33,984 bases of DNA from Thermoproteota archaeon (GCA_015521385.1 WAOH01000166.1:1-33984), one strand, 5' to 3'; counted from the first letter of the stretch, positions 1-9,310 are shown. A program made the numbers and translations. The notes: a model not told the origin generated them from the letters alone.

Positions 1-590
1 AGGCCCACACTGTCCCTGTCCCATAGCAGCTCCCATAGGAGGGACGACGGTCTCGTTTGGCCAGCGATCATCTGAGCAGCGGCAGGGAACTCGTCTCTCG
101 TCGCGTCCTCTACTTTAGGCTGTTCCGGTGCCGGTCTCGCGGGCGCCTCCATCAGCACTTGGGAATCGATCTCCCTGAAGCCGAGGCTCTCGAAGAAGGG
201 AAGAGCTTCCGCGGTCGGTATAGTGTCTAGGTGGCGCATTCCCATCTCCCTAGCCAGTTCCATGCATCTCTCGACGAGCTTCCTTCCCACACCAGTTCTC
301 CTGGCCTCTTCCTTGACCCAGACCATTTGCAAGTATGCGTGCTCACCCACGGGTGTTAGGAACCTTTCAGGTACCACCTCGGCCTCACCGACCACCTTCC
401 CGTCGGACAAGGCCACGATCGCCTTGCCGCCCGACGAGTAGAGCGCCTCCAGGTACCAGCCGAACACCTGTGGATCGCCCCAGTACCCGCACTCCTTGAT
501 CCGGAGATCGAAGGTCATCTCCTTCCAGTTGGGACAGTGGATCGAGACGACCTCATCCAGTAAATCGTGCCTGAACTCAATTATCTCCAA
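1..590 (-). CDS. GNAT family N-acyltransferase (3'-truncated by window edge; not in ORF track)
   Basis: Manual translation from TTG at 590, open to the edge: MEIIEFRHDLLDEVVSIHCPNW...AIVALSDGKVVGEAEV...AYLQMVWVKEEARRTGVGRKLVERCMELAREMG...ALPFFESLGF. Contains GNAT motif A (RRTGVG) and a motif B-like FFESLGF. Start overlaps the sirtuin 3' end. Confidence 0.85.
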   Translation of the reverse strand, partial: MEIIEFRHDLLDEVVSIHCPNWKEMTFDLRIKECGYWGDPQVFGWYLEALYSSGGKAIVALSDGKVVGEAEVVPERFLTPVGEHAYLQMVWVKEEARRTGVGRKLVERCMELAREMGMRHLDTIPTAEALPFFESLGFREIDSQVLMEAPARPAPEQPKVEDATRDEFPAAAQMIAGQTRPSSLLWELLWDRDSVG

Positions 591-1351
591 GAGGGATCCT
601 CCTCCACCAGCCGGGCGAGCTCCCTGAAGATCTCCCCCGCAGGCCCTCTCAACCTGATGGTCGCCAAGCTACTTAAATTAGTTTCCTCGGGGTTCACTTC
701 CACCAAAATCTTCCCCTGTCTCGCCGCGTTAATGGGTAACAGGGCTGCAGGCATTACTACACCGCTCGTTCCCACGATGAGCACGACTTCTGCCTCAGAG
801 AAGAGCCTCTCCGCCCTCTCAAACTGGTCCATAGGAACGGGTTCCTCGAACCACACCACATCAGGCCTGAGAAGCCCTCCACACTCCTTACACCTCGGTA
901 GATCCTCCTCCGGTATGTTTCCGAAACCCAGATTGTACCGCCTGCCACACACGGTGCACCTGGTCCTCCATATGGAACCGTGAAGCTCTATGACCAGCTT
1001 GGAGCCGGCCCTCTGGTGGAGCCCGTCCACGTTTTGGGTCACCACGCCCATGAGAATCCCCCTCCTCTCCCAGTCGGCCATCACCCTATGGGCCCAGGTG
1101 GGCTCCGCCCTCGCGATCATGGACATCCTCCACTTGTACCACTCCCAGACCCTCTTGGGGTTGGACTCGAACGCCCGGGGCGTGGCCAGTTCCTCCGGTC
1201 TGTACCTGTTCCAAAGCCCGTCCTTACCCCTGAAGGTCGGAATGCCTGCCTCAGCTGAGGCCCCCGCACCGGTGAACGCCAGCACCCTTCCGGAGTGCTC
1301 CTTGATCAGGCGAGCCGCCGAGGACAGGTCCCTGGGAGCGAGCTCACTCAC
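581..1351 (-). CDS. cobB: NAD-dependent protein deacylase, sirtuin class III (CobB/Sir2)
   Basis: FTGAGASAEAGIPTFRG, TQNVDGLH, catalytic ELHG, CxxC...CxxC zinc site, RPDVVWF, VGTSG; YKWR gives the YxxR motif. Confidence 0.95.
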   Translation of the reverse strand: MSELAPRDLSSAARLIKEHSGRVLAFTGAGASAEAGIPTFRGKDGLWNRYRPEELATPRAFESNPKRVWEWYKWRMSMIARAEPTWAHRVMADWERRGILMGVVTQNVDGLHQRAGSKLVIELHGSIWRTRCTVCGRRYNLGFGNIPEEDLPRCKECGGLLRPDVVWFEEPVPMDQFERAERLFSEAEVVLIVGTSGVVMPAALLPINAARQGKILVEVNPEETNLSSLATIRLRGPAGEIFRELARLVEEDPSWR

Positions 1352-2651
1352 TCGATCTCACCTCCGGTGGGGAGCTGGGATACGGCCTCACCTCCGCCTC
1401 TAGAGGGCACCCTCCCCTGCAGACTTGGAGCAGAGGGCATGAGAGACACGCGTCTCCTACGAAACGGAGTTCCCTGATCCTCAGACACTCGTCGTGGTAC
1501 CAGATCCTCTCCCAAGGATCCCTCAGGATGTGCCCCAGAACCTTGTAGTGACTCTGGCAGGGTATCACGGATCCATCAGGCTCCACCGCTAGAGTTATGC
1601 TGCACGCCGAGCAGAACTTCGGCCCCAGACCCTCGCTCATCGGGTCCAGCTCACAGTACCGGGTCACCCCGTACCACCTGAAGTCCAGGTCCAGCTCCGT
1701 GGTGAGCTCCTTAGCCTCCGCCAATACCTCCCTCATCTCATCGAAGGAGGGCTCCAGGCCCCTCAGGTCCCTGCCCCTGCCGCTGTATATCAGCCTGTTC
1801 AGCGAGAACCCATCCACACCCAGATCAGCGACGAACCGGATCAGCGATTCCACCGTACCCATGTTCCTCCTCAGGAGGGTCGCATTGACGCTCACGTAGA
1901 CATCGAACTCCAGCAGGTTCTTGAGACCCTCGACCGTCTCCTTCCAGCTCCCCCTAACTTGGGTTATGGAATCGTGAATCTCGGGATCGCTGGACTCCAA
2001 GGTCACCTGAGCGAAATCCAATCCAGCTTCTACCAACTTACCAACGAGATCTCTGGTCAGGAGCCTCCCATTAGTCACTATACCCGAGACCATCCCGAGC
2101 CTCTGGGCCTCAGCCACCAGCTCCGGTAAGTCCTCCCTGAGGGTGGGCTCTCCACCGGTGAAGGTGACCTGAGGAACCCCCAGCTCGTGGAACTTCCTTA
2201 TCACGGCCTTCCATTCGTCCGTGCTCAGTTCCTCCCGCTCGTCGGGGCTGGAGGAGTAGCAATGGATGCAGGCATTATTGCACCTGTAGGTGAGGGCTAG
2301 GTCGACCCTGAAGGGGGCGCCGAGGGTCGACGGGTCCGGGAAGGCTGGTTTGAAACCCAAGTCGGTTACGGGATCCTCGTAACCTTCAATGAATCTCCTG
2401 AGCTTGCTAATCACCTCCTCATAGTGCCTCCTCACCTCGTCCTTCCTCATTCCCCTGTATATCCTCTTCAACTCCCGGTAAGCCTCATCCCACCCCTTGC
2501 CTGAGAGGAAGGCCTTGGCGAAGATTGCTGCCGTGTAGTTGAGGTACGCGACTCTCTGAGCGTCCACCACGAGGGCGCCCATGGCTAGGGGATCTATGCG
2601 GAGCTGGATCCTCCTACCATCCAATTTGAACGTCAGAAATTCCCTCTCCAT
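1344..2651 (-). CDS. Radical SAM/SPASM protein with N-terminal PqqD/RRE-like domain
   Basis: CNNACIHC triad, FTGGEP, SPASM CSAC..DGSVIPC..CLSCPLLQVCRGGC. The N-terminal ~85 aa (VAYLNYTAAIF..GKGWDEAYRELKRIY) resembles PqqD. Start moved to ATG 2651, which overlaps the upstream stop (TGATG). Confidence 0.9.
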   Translation of the reverse strand: MEREFLTFKLDGRRIQLRIDPLAMGALVVDAQRVAYLNYTAAIFAKAFLSGKGWDEAYRELKRIYRGMRKDEVRRHYEEVISKLRRFIEGYEDPVTDLGFKPAFPDPSTLGAPFRVDLALTYRCNNACIHCYSSSPDEREELSTDEWKAVIRKFHELGVPQVTFTGGEPTLREDLPELVAEAQRLGMVSGIVTNGRLLTRDLVGKLVEAGLDFAQVTLESSDPEIHDSITQVRGSWKETVEGLKNLLEFDVYVSVNATLLRRNMGTVESLIRFVADLGVDGFSLNRLIYSGRGRDLRGLEPSFDEMREVLAEAKELTTELDLDFRWYGVTRYCELDPMSEGLGPKFCSACSITLAVEPDGSVIPCQSHYKVLGHILRDPWERIWYHDECLRIRELRFVGDACLSCPLLQVCRGGCPLEAEVRPYPSSPPEVRSSE

Positions 2652-4324
2652 CAACCAACCCCACCTCCGGCGCAGGCACACGCGCAGCTTACACATGCGC
2701 AAGCGCATGCGCAGCTGACGCAGGCGCAGCTGACCGACGCCGTCCTCCTCCTACTGGCTCGGGGTCTGGAGGGGACGATGACCTTGGCCACCCTGTCGGC
2801 GAAGTCCTCTATGTTCCTGACGATATTCGAGGAGACTTCCTCGACCGATCTGGCGATTGTATCCGCGGCTTTCTCTATGTCCGGGATGACCGGAACGTCC
2901 ACCCCGCCACTAGGCGCTCCTGACGTATCGGGAGCCTTGGGCACCCTCGGAGCGGGGGGAATCGAGGTCCACCCACCTCTAGGCCACCATATCCACACGT
3001 CGTCCAGCGGATAGGGATAGGAGGTTACGACCACCCCCTCCTTGGGTCTCCTCCTCAATGCCCTTTTCAGGTTCCTCTCGAAATAGGGATCAGTAAGCAA
3101 CCAAGCTAGGTTATCCCTGACGAGATCGAGCTTCTCCTCGATGGGAGCGTCCTCAATCATCCTCCAAATCGATCTCACCTTGTTGTCGTAGAAGGCGAGT
3201 GTCTCCCTCCTCGAGTACCCAGATAACTCCCTCTCCACCCTCCTATGTATGAGCTTGATTACCTTAATCAGGCAATCCTCGTCTAGGGATCCATCCTCCA
3301 TCACACAGTCCAAGAACCTCCTCTCGTAGATCCTCAGATTCCTCTTCGATCCCTCCAACTTCCTCAGCTTGAGCGGATCTAGGCTCTCCACCGCCAAGAA
3401 TCCCTTCTCCACTAGGCTGGCTATGAGAACCGCCAAAATTCGCCCGTAACCGAGTTTGGCCCCTTCCAGCTTCCTCAGGTAGGCTACTTCAGTTGGAGCC
3501 ATGTTTTTGTTCGGCCCTAAGCTCTCTGCGAAGATCTCAGGTGCCTGATAGGGGAGCTTCTCTATCCACGACTTGAACAACTTGACTATGGCCACGATAG
3601 AGATTATTATCGCTCCCAGAAACACGATTCCAATGATGAAGCTGAGGTAGTCCGGAATCCCGCCACCGGCAGGCACGACCTTCTCGACGTAATCCCTCGG
3701 GAAGGAGACCCCTATCTCAAACTTGTAGTTGGGAGGGAGGTCCCTTCTCTCCCAGTAGAGGTATATCCTGCCGTCATCGAGCGCTCGCAGGTTGTCGTAG
3801 TCGGGCTGATTCTTAACCTCCCCCTTGGAGACCCCGGGAGGTAGTATCACGAAGACTTGGAGCAGTTTGATGGGAGCGTTGAACCACGAGGGTGTGAACA
3901 TGAGGCCCGCATTGCCCGGATTGGTCTCGTCCTCGTAAATGAAGTCCCTGAGTTCGACCTCCACCACGTATGTCCTACTCTCCCCCGGATCTATTGGCTC
4001 GCTTGGCCTCATCTTCACCGCGTAGTACGAGTCCTCCCTGATCTCCTCGGCATCGACCTGAACTATCCTACCGTCAGGGAAGATCTCCTCCGCCTCTAAC
4101 ACGCTGAAAGATGGGGACGGCATCCCTATCGATACGTAGCGGGCTATGGTCCCCGATTTCACCTTCAGGGTGAGGTTGTACCTCAAGTACACGGTTCCCG
4201 AACGCTGTATATCGAGAATGACTTTTTCCCTCTCTATTTCATACACTATCTGACCGCTAGTATTTATTAGAGGAATTAGGAGCGCGGAGATGAAGAGGAA
4301 TAGTAGAATAAGCCTGAGCTTCAT
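2651..4324 (-). CDS. Membrane protein (DUF2207-like architecture) with Cys-Ala repeat C-terminal tail
   Basis: N-terminal signal peptide, beta-rich extracellular domain, TM helix (YLSFIIGIVFLGAIIISIVAIV), soluble domain, Pro-rich linker, and a tail ending VSCACVSCACACACVSCACACAGGGVG. Confidence 0.8.
   Translation of the reverse strand: MKLRLILLFLFISALLIPLINTSGQIVYEIEREKVILDIQRSGTVYLRYNLTLKVKSGTIARYVSIGMPSPSFSVLEAEEIFPDGRIVQVDAEEIREDSYYAVKMRPSEPIDPGESRTYVVEVELRDFIYEDETNPGNAGLMFTPSWFNAPIKLLQVFVILPPGVSKGEVKNQPDYDNLRALDDGRIYLYWERRDLPPNYKFEIGVSFPRDYVEKVVPAGGGIPDYLSFIIGIVFLGAIIISIVAIVKLFKSWIEKLPYQAPEIFAESLGPNKNMAPTEVAYLRKLEGAKLGYGRILAVLIASLVEKGFLAVESLDPLKLRKLEGSKRNLRIYERRFLDCVMEDGSLDEDCLIKVIKLIHRRVERELSGYSRRETLAFYDNKVRSIWRMIEDAPIEEKLDLVRDNLAWLLTDPYFERNLKRALRRRPKEGVVVTSYPYPLDDVWIWWPRGGWTSIPPAPRVPKAPDTSGAPSGGVDVPVIPDIEKAADTIARSVEEVSSNIVRNIEDFADRVAKVIVPSRPRASRRRTASVSCACVSCACACACVSCACACAGGGVG
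2654..2734 (-). repeat. Coding low-complexity repeat: three VSCAC(AC)n units, 9 Cys
   Basis: Protein-level repeat encoded with mixed synonymous codons (TGC/TGT; GCC/GCA/GCT/GCG; GTC/GTA). Confidence 0.9.
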
Positions 4325-4384
4325 CCTGACTTCGGGAGGGTCCGGAATATTAACTTGGCTCGATACCTATTCTTGGGAGCGCGG

Positions 4385-5110
4385 ATGATGATAGCCCCGG
4401 GCGTGGAGTATAGGGAAGGGAGGGGTGAGCTACTGGTCCAGGGCGAGATGGTCGTCCCCAGCGTGAGAAGGTTCTCCGATCTCGTCATCGTCTTGGAGAA
4501 TCCCGGTGCCCTCAAGGGGGATGGAGAGGCGTACTTCATGTACAGGGATCTCCCCCCGCTAAGGGGGAGGTGGGCCCGATTTGACGTAACGGTAATCCCG
4601 CCTTGGATGGTCGGAAGGGAGTACGCCAAGACGAAGGGCCACTATCACAAGCCCCCCTCAGCTGGCAAGCCCTCCTACCCCGAGATCTATCAGGTGCACT
4701 CCGGCAGAGCGATGTACCTCCTCCAGAGAGCGGGTGCTTCGCCCTCGGAAATAGTGGACTTCATAGTGGTGAGGGCATCACCGGGGGATGTCGTGGTCAT
4801 ACCGCCTGGTTACGGTCACGTCACAGTTAACCCGGGTGAGGAGACCCTCGTCATGAGCAACCTGATCTACAGGGAGGTGGAATCCGATTACGGGCCGTAC
4901 GAGAGGCTTAGGGGGGCCGCCTACTACTACACGATCGACGGATTCGTCAGGAACGGACGTTACTCATCGGTGCCGGAAATAAGAGAGGCTAAGCCGCTCT
5001 GGAGGTCTCAATCCATAGCGATTGACTTCTTGGAGGACGAGCGCTCCTTCTCCTGGTTGAGAGATGTTGACAGGGCTTGCGAGGAGGGGTTCCTCGGTGT
5101 TAGGTGTTGA
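4385..5110 (+). CDS. Cupin-type glucose-6-phosphate isomerase family protein
   Basis: TKGHYH, YPEIYQV, VVVIPPGYGHVTVN supply the His/His/Glu/His metal ligands of archaeal cupin PGI. ATG 4385 preferred over TTG 4355. Confidence 0.8.
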   Translation: MMIAPGVEYREGRGELLVQGEMVVPSVRRFSDLVIVLENPGALKGDGEAYFMYRDLPPLRGRWARFDVTVIPPWMVGREYAKTKGHYHKPPSAGKPSYPEIYQVHSGRAMYLLQRAGASPSEIVDFIVVRASPGDVVVIPPGYGHVTVNPGEETLVMSNLIYREVESDYGPYERLRGAAYYYTIDGFVRNGRYSSVPEIREAKPLWRSQSIAIDFLEDERSFSWLRDVDRACEEGFLGVRC

Positions 5111-5732
5111 CCTCACGGGAGAGGAGCTAATAACCTTCATTTGGAGCTTTCTAAACAGGGAAGAGATAATCACTGGGGAAAACGATGTCTTGGAGAGGGT
5201 AGCTGGGAAGGGGCTCCTGACATCAGAGAGGGTGACCACCTTCTCCTGTGACGGACCTACATACGCTATCCTGAAGTGCCCCTCCTGCGGTGCCAGCGAT
5301 TTGGAAGCGATGGAGGCCTGGATCCACACCCCTTGTGGATCGGTGATCTACGAAAGGGACGCCTGCCCGAAATGCGGGCCTATCGCAGGCGAGGAACTGG
5401 TCTCGATAGGTCCCGTGTACAGATGCAGATCCTGCGGAGCGATAGTCACCTATCCCACGGTAGAGACTCCCTGCGGGCGTCCCTTCATCGACAGTTTCGT
5501 CAGGTACAGACTGACCGGGAGGGGGAGGGAACTCATAGGGAAGGTTAGGGGGAAGTTAGAGAGGTTGCCCGACCCCAAGATAGTCTTGGCCGACCTCAAG
5601 GTGACGAGGGTAGAGGCTCTCCTCCTAGATGGACCCACTGGGGTCATCCTGAGAACTGAAGACGGATATCAGAGGGAGAGAGAGGAGAAAATCGCTGAGC
5701 TCGGACTGAAGATCAAAATCTTGGAGGTTTAG
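5097..5732 (+). CDS. Multi-zinc-ribbon protein, TackOD1-like
   Basis: CPSC, HTPC, CPKC, CRSC and a PCG motif, flanked by wHTH-like segments (LERVAGKGLL ... YRLTGRG). GTG 5097 follows GAGGAGG; alternative start 5064. Confidence 0.6.
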   Translation: MLGVDLTGEELITFIWSFLNREEIITGENDVLERVAGKGLLTSERVTTFSCDGPTYAILKCPSCGASDLEAMEAWIHTPCGSVIYERDACPKCGPIAGEELVSIGPVYRCRSCGAIVTYPTVETPCGRPFIDSFVRYRLTGRGRELIGKVRGKLERLPDPKIVLADLKVTRVEALLLDGPTGVILRTEDGYQREREEKIAELGLKIKILEV

Positions 5733-7000
5733 GAGGGTGGCCTGTACTCCTTCCCACCTCTGATGTGCCCGTACCCTATGAGCCTCCACCTATTACCTAT
5801 CCTAGATGAGATGGCGACCCTCTGGTTAAGCTCGGCAGTGGCGGGTATCCTCAGCAGGAGGGTCATCTCATCTTCGGGGGTTATGTCCCTCAGCACGGCC
5901 GGCACGGTGGCCGTACCGACGTTCAGCTGTATTAACTCACCCTTGTTGGGCTTCTTGACCTCCATCTCCTCCTTGGTACCGACTATCTTCTCGAAGAACT
6001 TGGCCTCCACGTCCAGCTCTACCCAAGTGGGCGGCAGCTCCCCGGGCATTCCAACCACGTTGCCCACCATGTTGTCTGCTTTGGTAAGTGCCGGATCTAG
6101 GAGGGTCCCCACACCTATGAGCCCGCCGGGGTAGGCCTCCTCTAGGGGGGTGTTCTCGCTCCTCAGGCTAACTATCTTGGTAGTGAGCGGGATGAACTTG
6201 CCAGCCCTGTAGGCTCCGGGCCTTATCTCTATCTCGTCGTCCACCCTGAATCTGCCTTGGATGATTGTACCTCCGAGTACTCCACCTACGAGCTTGTCGG
6301 GCCTCGTTCCAGGCTTGTTCACGTCGAAGGACCTGGCCACGTACATTCTGGGGGGTTTAGAGGGATCCCTGGGTGGAGGCGTGAACCTCCTCACCATCTC
6401 CCTGATCAAATAGCCGATGTTCACCCCATGGAGGGCGGAGACCGGGATTATAGGGGGAACCTCATCCAAGTAGCTCTTCAGAAACTCCACGATCTGCTCA
6501 TAGTTCTTCAGGGCTTCCTCGTCACTGACGAGCTCTATCTTGGTCTGAACCACTATGATCTGCTTGACATCCATTATCTTCAGGGCAACTAGGTGCTCCC
6601 TAGTCTGGGGCTGCGGAGCTGGCTCGTTAGCTGCTATGACCAGTAAAGCCGCGTCCATTAACGTGGATCCCGCCAACATCGTGGCCATCAGGGTGTCGTG
6701 ACCTGGACAGTCCACGAAGGAGACCTTCCTGAGGAGGACCGTCTCTCCCCCGTCTATGGGGCACCTCTCCATGGTGGTGTAGCACTTGGCGTCGTCTCCC
6801 TCGCAGGACTTGCACTTCCTCAGATCGGCGTTGGCGTATCCGAGCTTTATGGTGATGCCCCTCCTAAGCTCCTCGCTGTGCCTCTCTGGCCATATACCCG
6901 TCAGAGCCTGAACTAGGGTGGACTTACCGTGGTCCACGTGGCCAGCGGTCCCTATGTTCATCTCGGGCTGCAGGATGACCCTGTCACCTTCATTTCCCAT
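5729..7000 (-). CDS. eif2g: Translation initiation factor 2 gamma subunit
   Basis: QPEMNIGTAGHVDHGKS, RGITIKLGYA, zinc knuckle, DCPGH, RSFDVNKPG, WRLIGYG. Confidence 0.97.
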   Translation of the reverse strand: MGNEGDRVILQPEMNIGTAGHVDHGKSTLVQALTGIWPERHSEELRRGITIKLGYANADLRKCKSCEGDDAKCYTTMERCPIDGGETVLLRKVSFVDCPGHDTLMATMLAGSTLMDAALLVIAANEPAPQPQTREHLVALKIMDVKQIIVVQTKIELVSDEEALKNYEQIVEFLKSYLDEVPPIIPVSALHGVNIGYLIREMVRRFTPPPRDPSKPPRMYVARSFDVNKPGTRPDKLVGGVLGGTIIQGRFRVDDEIEIRPGAYRAGKFIPLTTKIVSLRSENTPLEEAYPGGLIGVGTLLDPALTKADNMVGNVVGMPGELPPTWVELDVEAKFFEKIVGTKEEMEVKKPNKGELIQLNVGTATVPAVLRDITPEDEMTLLLRIPATAELNQRVAISSRIGNRWRLIGYGHIRGGKEYRPPS

Positions 7001-7010
7001 TGGATCACCT

Positions 7011-7445
7011 TCAGGAGGCCTCGGCTTCCGCCTCCTCCTTCTTCAGCAGCTCCTCCAAGGACTTCTCCCCGGCCTTAACGACTCTCAGGTTTATCTGCTT
7101 TATGGCATCTGAGATTATAGCACCCCTCACGGTCTTAGCCCTCCTCTCCCCCTTCTTCCTTGGATGGAATCCCGGCGGTGAGGACAGGAGGACCTTCTTC
7201 TTCCCCGGTATCTGAAGCGAGGGGTGCATCGGGAAGCCGTCCTTGTCGGTCCCTCCGGTTATCTTGAACGTGTACCCGGGTAGGCCGAAGGCATCTCCAC
7301 TGATCTCCTCTCCTACTCTCCTTCCCACGAAGAACCGGATGTTGTCCTTAGGCAGCTTAACGTGAAAAGTCTTACCAGTATTGGGATCGCCTATGTCGAG
7401 CACGAGGAACTCTTCCTCTACCCTCCTCCTTCTCCTCATTGCCAT
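7011..7445 (-). CDS. rps6e: 30S ribosomal protein S6e
   Basis: KITGGTDKDGFPM, GERRAKTVRG, QINL. Confidence 0.95.
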   Translation of the reverse strand: MAMRRRRRVEEEFLVLDIGDPNTGKTFHVKLPKDNIRFFVGRRVGEEISGDAFGLPGYTFKITGGTDKDGFPMHPSLQIPGKKKVLLSSPPGFHPRKKGERRAKTVRGAIISDAIKQINLRVVKAGEKSLEELLKKEEAEAEAS

Positions 7446-7495
7446 GGGGTGGAATCACCTTCCCGAAACTGACCACTTGAGTTATATAAGTTGAA

Positions 7496-9310
7496 CTACT
7501 CGGGAGAACTGGCTCCCCGGGAGTACCTGATCCAGAGGATCCGCCTGTACAGCTCCTTTTCGTCATCGCTCATCTTACTGAAGTATATGGAGCGGGCCTT
7601 ATCGTCCTCGAACTCGGACACCTCCGTGTAAAGCTTCCTGCCCTCCTTAACGTTCCTCCCAACTACACCGCCCTTTATCGAGATGGCGACCCTCTGCCCG
7701 GCGGTGGCTTCGGGCACCCTGTTCCCCTCGTACTGGATGTCCAGTATGGTTCCGACCCTCCTCCCGCTCTCATTGATCAGCGGGTAACCGGGTCTTATCC
7801 TGCCCCTGAGGACCTCAACCCCCACGATGGCGGGATCGCTCCTCCTGAAAACGAAATCAGGTAAGACTAGGATTTCCGCTGGGAATACGGCCTGAGAGAG
7901 TACCCTCTCCTCCTCCCTCCTCTTCAGCTCCTCTAAATATTCCTTGAAGCTCTCGATCAGCCTGTATATGATGACGTCGGTGAAGATGGGGATCTTCCTG
8001 TCCCTAGCCTCCCTCTTGGCGTCCTCCTTCACCTTCACGTTGAACGCCAGTATAACCGCGAATTCCTCCTCCTTCTGCTTTATCACCGCCGCCTCGAACA
8101 CATCCACCTTGGAGACATCGCCTATGTCGGCCCTCCTTATGGGTATGCCCTCCTTCTGGAGTTGAGCTATCAGGGCCTCCAGCGTGCCCAGCGTGTCCGC
8201 CTTGACTATAACCCCTATCTTGTCCGTCTTAATGATGATTCGCTCGACCTCCTCTTGGACCTCCTTCTTGACCTCCTCTATCCTCTCCTTGTCCCTGACC
8301 ACGTAGAGAGGGGATCCGGCGAGTACCTCATCCAGATTGGGTGCGGAAATCATCACTCCAGCAGCGGCGGAGACCTCATCAACCCTCCTGAACTTCTTCG
8401 TCGCCCTCATCTCCTGCAGGGGCTCTGGGACTAGGAGCGCCCTCACCTTCGTCACGACCGGTCCGTTGACACCAGCCACCACTATGGTGTCGTCCTTCCT
8501 GAGGACCCCGTCATAGATTATGGCCGTAAGCACCGTACCCAATCCCTGCTGCTGCTTGACTTCCAGCACGGTGCCCCTGCCCTCCTCGGTGGTTATCTCC
8601 AGCCTGTCGAGCATGAACCTCTGCACTAGCCCTATGAGCATCGTTAAGAGGTCTGGGATGCCCTCCCCCGTCACCGCGCTGGTCGGTACGATGGCAAAGG
8701 TCTTGGTGAAGTCCTGGACCCTATCGTACCTGTCGGCATATATCCCCAAGGTGGCTAGCTGATCCACCACCCTGTAGAGCCTCTTCTCCAACTCGGCCAA
8801 AACGGAGGGCGGTTGTTCCTTCTCCGCCAATATGAAAGGCCTGCCCTCCTCAGACTTCCAGCCGTACAGGGTGTCTATCTTGTTGAGCGCTATGACGAAG
8901 GGGACCCTCCTCTCCTTCAGGATGTTTATTGACTCGATGGTCTGGGGCTGCACCCCTCCATTTATGTCTATCACTAGGATGGCTATGTCGGCTACGGATC
9001 CACCCCTCCTCCTCAGGTTGGAGAATACCTCATGCCCGGGCAGATCTATGAAGAGCAATCCTCCCGTCTTTATCTCGAACTTGAGGTTGAGGGCCTTCAT
9101 CACGGGCTCGCATATCTCGTAGATCACGTCGGTGGGTATCTCGGAGGCCCCCACATGCTGGGTTATCGAGCCTGGCTCCTTGGCCGCCACCCTGGTCCTC
9201 CTGATGTAGTCCAGCAGGGTGGTCTTACCCGAATCAACGTGGCCCAGAACAGATACTAAGGGCTGCCTGTACCTCTTCTCCTTGTCTCCCTTACCGTCCT
9301 TCTTGGGCAA
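7496..9310 (-). CDS. infB: Translation initiation factor aIF5B/IF-2
   Basis: RQPLVSVLGHVDSGKTTLLD, ITQHVGA, DLPGHEVFSNLRRRGG, VKADTLGTLEAL. TTG start after GGTGA. Confidence 0.97.
   Translation of the reverse strand: MPKKDGKGDKEKRYRQPLVSVLGHVDSGKTTLLDYIRRTRVAAKEPGSITQHVGASEIPTDVIYEICEPVMKALNLKFEIKTGGLLFIDLPGHEVFSNLRRRGGSVADIAILVIDINGGVQPQTIESINILKERRVPFVIALNKIDTLYGWKSEEGRPFILAEKEQPPSVLAELEKRLYRVVDQLATLGIYADRYDRVQDFTKTFAIVPTSAVTGEGIPDLLTMLIGLVQRFMLDRLEITTEEGRGTVLEVKQQQGLGTVLTAIIYDGVLRKDDTIVVAGVNGPVVTKVRALLVPEPLQEMRATKKFRRVDEVSAAAGVMISAPNLDEVLAGSPLYVVRDKERIEEVKKEVQEEVERIIIKTDKIGVIVKADTLGTLEALIAQLQKEGIPIRRADIGDVSKVDVFEAAVIKQKEEEFAVILAFNVKVKEDAKREARDRKIPIFTDVIIYRLIESFKEYLEELKRREEERVLSQAVFPAEILVLPDFVFRRSDPAIVGVEVLRGRIRPGYPLINESGRRVGTILDIQYEGNRVPEATAGQRVAISIKGGVVGRNVKEGRKLYTEVSEFEDDKARSIYFSKMSDDEKELYRRILWIRYSRGASSPE

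Noticed and set aside
2652-2708. N-terminal extension of the radical SAM ORF (MRLRMCKLRVC...)
   Set aside because: It is an alternate-frame reading of the Cys-Ala repeat; the coupled ATG at 2651 is the better start.
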